Assembly: GCA_028826165.1 (NCBI GenBank)
Contig: JAPDFW010000054.1
Span: forward strand, 558,001-622,000
DNA: 64,000 bases
Source: Anaeramoeba ignava BMAN
Lineage: Eukaryota > Protista > Anaeramoebae
Direction of reading: 5' to 3'
The position numbers and the translations under genes are program-made. Below, one piece after another: positions 60,240 to 64,000 of this stretch (position 1 is the stretch's first letter; each line of letters begins with the position of its first letter). Under the pieces are notes generated by a model. That model was given only the letters and a program-made list of their open reading frames with translations, was not told the origin of the DNA and did not search any database.

Positions 60240-62330
60240 TTTAAATCCACATTTTTTTAACTAATTTATTTTATAATTTACTTATAATTTACTTTATAAA
60301 ATCTTTTTAAATTAAATCCACATTTTTTATCTAATTTATTTAATAATTTACTTTATAAAATATTTATAAATTAAATCCACATTTTTAACTAATTTATTTT
60401 TATAATTTACTTTATAATTTAAATTAATTTATTTTTATAATTTACTTTATAATTTACTTTATAAAATCTATTTGAAAAATATTTATAATTTAAATCCAAT
60501 TTTTATTATTAAATTTATTTATTAATTTATTTATTAAATATTGATCTGCTTTCTTTCTACATTTTATTTATTATTTTATTTATAATTTACTTTATAAAAT
60601 CTATTTGAAAAATATTTATAAATTAAATCCACATTTTTTATCCAATTTATTTATTTATTTATTTATTAAATATTGATCTGCTTTCTTTCTACATTTTATT
60701 TATTATTTTATTTATTAATTTATTTATAATTTACTTTATAAAATATTGATCTGCTTTCTTTCTATATTTATTTATTTTTGTTATTTATTAAATTTATTTA
60801 TAATTTACTTTATAAAATCTATTTAAAAATATTTATAATTTAAATCCAATTTTTATTATTAAATTTATTTTATTAATTTATTTATTAAATATTGATCTGC
60901 TTTTCTTTTTTATTATTTTATTTATTTATTTTATTTATAATTTACTTTATAAAATCTATTTGAAAAATATTTATAAATTAAATCCATTTTTATCCAATTT
61001 ATTTATTTATTTATTTATTAAATATTGATCTGCTTTCTTTCTACATTTTATTTATTATTTTATTATATAATTTACTTTATAATTTACTTTATAAAATCTA
61101 TTTGAAAAATATTTATAAATTAAATCCACATTTTTTATCCAATTTATTTATTAATTTATTTATTAAATATTGATCTGCTTTCTTTCTACATTTTATTTAT
61201 TATTTTATTTATTAATTTATTTATAATTTACTTTATAAAATCTATTTGAAAAATATTTATAATTTAAATCCAATTTTTATTATTAAGTTTATTTATTAAT
61301 TTATTTGTTAATTATTGATCTGCTTTCTTTCTACATTTTTATTTATTAAATTTATTATTTTATTTATAATTTATTTATAATTTACTTTATAAAATCTTTT
61401 AAATTAAATCCACTTTTTTTATCCAATTTTTATTATTAATTTATTTATTAATTTATTTATTAATTATTGATCTGCTTTCTTTCTACATTTTATTTATTAA
61501 ATTTATTTATTTTTATTTATAATTTACTTTATAAAATCTATTTGAAAAATATTTATAATTTAAATCCAATTTTTTATTTATTAATTTATTTTATTAATTT
61601 ATTTATTAAATATTGATCTGCTTTCTTTCTACATTTTATTTATTTTGTTTATAATTTATTTTATAATTTACTTTATAAAATCTATTTGAAAAATATTTAT
61701 AATTTAAATCCAATTTTATTTATTAATTTATTTATTAATTTATTTATTAATTATTGATCTGCTTTCTTTCTGACCCTGAAGCCATAAATAAATGAATCTA
61801 AAAATTATAGTTCCGAAAAAGGAGAAATTCTTTTTGAATTAAAATCAATCTATAAAAATTTTTTTTTATACCTACAATAACATTTATTTAAAATTTTCCC
61901 TAAATTAAAAAAAATACTTAATTCTCCTTTCACATTCTTTTTAATTGATCACACTTAATTTTCAATCAATAAAATTTGGTTGGTTTTGAGAGATTTATTT
62001 ATAATTAAAAATTTACTTAATTCTCCTTTCAACTTTCTTTTTGGGTTCCACTCTTCAGGGTCCAATTTTTTATTTTTTTAAATTTATTTATGTTAAATAT
62101 TGATCTGCTTTCTTTAAATGGAGAAAAATTTTTCGTTATAAATTCCTTATTTTCATTTTTAGAAATCAATAACCTATACTTATAATTTATTTATAATTTA
62201 CTTTATAAAATCTATTTGAAAAATATTTATAATTTAAATCCAATTTTTATTATTAAGTTTATTTATTAATTTATTTATTAATTATTGATCTGCTTTCTTT
62301 CTACATTTTGTTTATTTTGTTATTTATTTA
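60240..62330. repeat. ~145-bp tandem repeat carrying ATTGATCTGCTTTCTTTCT
   Basis: GATCTG anchor at 60543, 60675, 60748, 60894, 61027, 61172, 61317, 61469, 61615, 61756, then ~62102 and ~62287. Confidence 0.9.
61772..62062. mobile_element. MITE-like 291-bp insertion with 10-bp terminal inverted repeats
   Basis: GACCCTGAAG (61772-61781) and CTTCAGGGTC (62053-62062); interrupts the satellite; no clear target-site duplication. Confidence 0.55.
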
Positions 62331-63436
62331 ATTTATTTAATCTTTTTTTTTGTTCTTAAAATTCTCATTTGGAAAAAGGTTTGGAATTTTGATCTGAAAT
62401 TGTTTTTCTTTTTGTTTTCTTATTAGTTAGATTTATTTTTTATTTTTTTATTTTATTTTTTATTTATTATAAAATTTTTTTGCTTTCTAATTAAATCAAT
62501 TGAGATTCTTACGTGTAATTTATATTGATTTTATAAAAGAAAAATATTAAAATAGAGATCAATATTAAATTAAATAATTTAAATTAAAAAATTAAAAATT
62601 AAGAATAGATTCAAATTAATTCTTAATTTAAAATTAAAATAAAATAAAATAAAAGAAAAGAAAAAAGTTTTTTTTATTGTTTTTTTTTCAATAAAAGATC
62701 TTTCTTCTTTTTTTATTTTAATTTGTTTTAATTTTTAAATTTAAAAACTAATTCACAAACAAAATCCAAAATTTTTTTTTAATTTAAAAAATTTTAAATT
62801 TAAAAAATAATTAATAAAGGTTTAAACTAAAGATCAAGTTTTTTAGAAAAGATATAAAAAAATTAATACTCAAATTATATAGAAAGGGTATTTATTTTAT
62901 TATTTAAGTAGAAGATCTGATCATTTTTTTTTTTTTTTCTTTTATTTTATTCACTTTAAAATCATAATTAAAAAAAATTTTAAATAAAAAAAAAAAGAAA
63001 AAAAACCAACAAGGAAAAAATTTTTTTAATAAAACAAAAATGATAAAAATAAGTATACTAAATTTAATAAAAATTAATTTTAAATCAATTTTTTTTTCTC
63101 TGTTCAATTTTTTCAATTTATTTTCTTTTTTAAATTTTTTTTTTAATTTAAATTAATTTTTATTTTTCGGGTTTTGTTATCTTGAAAAAAAAAATAACAA
63201 AAAAAAAACAAAAAAAAAGAAGCAAATAGAAATAAAAACATAAACTTATTAGAATAATTTACTTTTTCTTTTCTTTTTCCACATATTTACTTTTTTTTTA
63301 TTTTTTTAAATAACAAAAAAAATTTTTTTTTTTTTCTTTTATTTTTTAATTTTAAATTTTTTTTTTTTTTTTTTTGATTTTTGATCTCTTTCATTTTTTT
63401 TCTTTAATAAAATTTTAAACTTTTATTCTTTTTTTA

Positions 63437-64000
63437 ATGAACTCACATTTTAATAATTTTTCTTTTGCTCTTATTACCCAATTTATGAATTCAACAAATT
63501 GTTCTTCAACTCAAGAATCAATTTATTGTCTTCAGCTTTCTAATTGGAATTTAGAAGTAAGTTTAAAACGTTTTTTTTTTTCCCTTTTTTTTGATTTAAT
63601 TGTTTTAATTGATTTATTTTGTTTTAAATAATTTATAATTTTTTTTTTCAATTTGTTTTCCTCTTTTTTTTTTAATTAATTTTTTTTATTTATTAATTTT
63701 TTCATATTGTGAATTTTGCTTTTAAAATTCCTTTTTAATTTATATTTTATTTATTTTAATGATTTTATTAATTTTTTTTTTATTGTTTTCTGGCAAATCT
63801 TATTGATCTGTTTATTAATTTTTTTCTTTCTTTTTTATTTTTTTTTTCGCATTTTTTATTTTTTAAATAAATAGGATGCAGTTTGTGTTTGGCATTTAAA
63901 TAACTTACGCAAAACAATCACAGAAAAATCAGAAAATACAGAAAAAACAGAAAATAAGTGTGCGATCACATCACAAAAATATAATCCATATTTGTCACGC
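63437..64000 (+). CDS. 5' part of a gene with an N-terminal UBA-like domain (runs off the window)
   Basis: LITQFMNSTNCSS..ESIYCLQLSNWNLE|DAVCVW, as in the UBA-like domains of p47/DCN1/FAF. Intron 63557 (GTAAGT) to 63874 (TAG). Confidence 0.7.

Noticed and set aside
1-64000. Inteins, tRNA/rRNA genes, transposase ORFs, alternative genetic code
   Set aside because: I recognised no Hint/LAGLIDADG motifs, structured RNA genes or transposases by eye. TAA and TGA terminate conserved genes at the expected positions.

Overview
Extremely AT-rich eukaryotic (protist) nuclear DNA with GT-AG spliceosomal introns and apparently the standard genetic code. The BTB-family expansion, EN/QN microsatellite-coded tracts and a short Tom22 are compatible with an Anaeramoeba-like anaerobic protist; this is inference only. 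The left 27 kb is a BTB-adaptor array: seven RCC1-propeller+tandem-BTB paralogues, one remnant, a BTB-TLDc gene and a ~29-ankyrin+tandem-BTB gene. It is interrupted by USP5/isopeptidase T set head-to-head with a divergent ubiquitin-like gene ending in GG-N. The rest holds YKT6, a probable GPI-anchored metallo-hydrolase-like protein, a DCN1-like gene, BTB-BACK-TLDc, CYFIP/Sra1 (10 exons), a giant CH-domain protein, Tom22, SurE, a CH-RhoGEF-PH-ArfGAP protein, a TRIM-like RING-Bbox protein with a glycine-rich C-terminus, and the start of a UBA-like gene. Main signals: (1) aromatic-rich hypervariability confined to the propeller loops of the RCC1-BTB paralogues, with near-constant BTB halves; (2) a candidate conjugatable ubiquitin variant lacking K11/K27/K33/K48/K63; (3) five apparently unrelated intergenic tandem repeats that all have a ~143-146 bp, nucleosome-sized unit; (4) a TCATTTT initiator-like motif before nearly every start; (5) a TIR-bounded 291-bp insertion. 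Many genes carry single-base frameshifts that look like consensus artefacts. All family calls come from motif recognition by eye; no searches were run.
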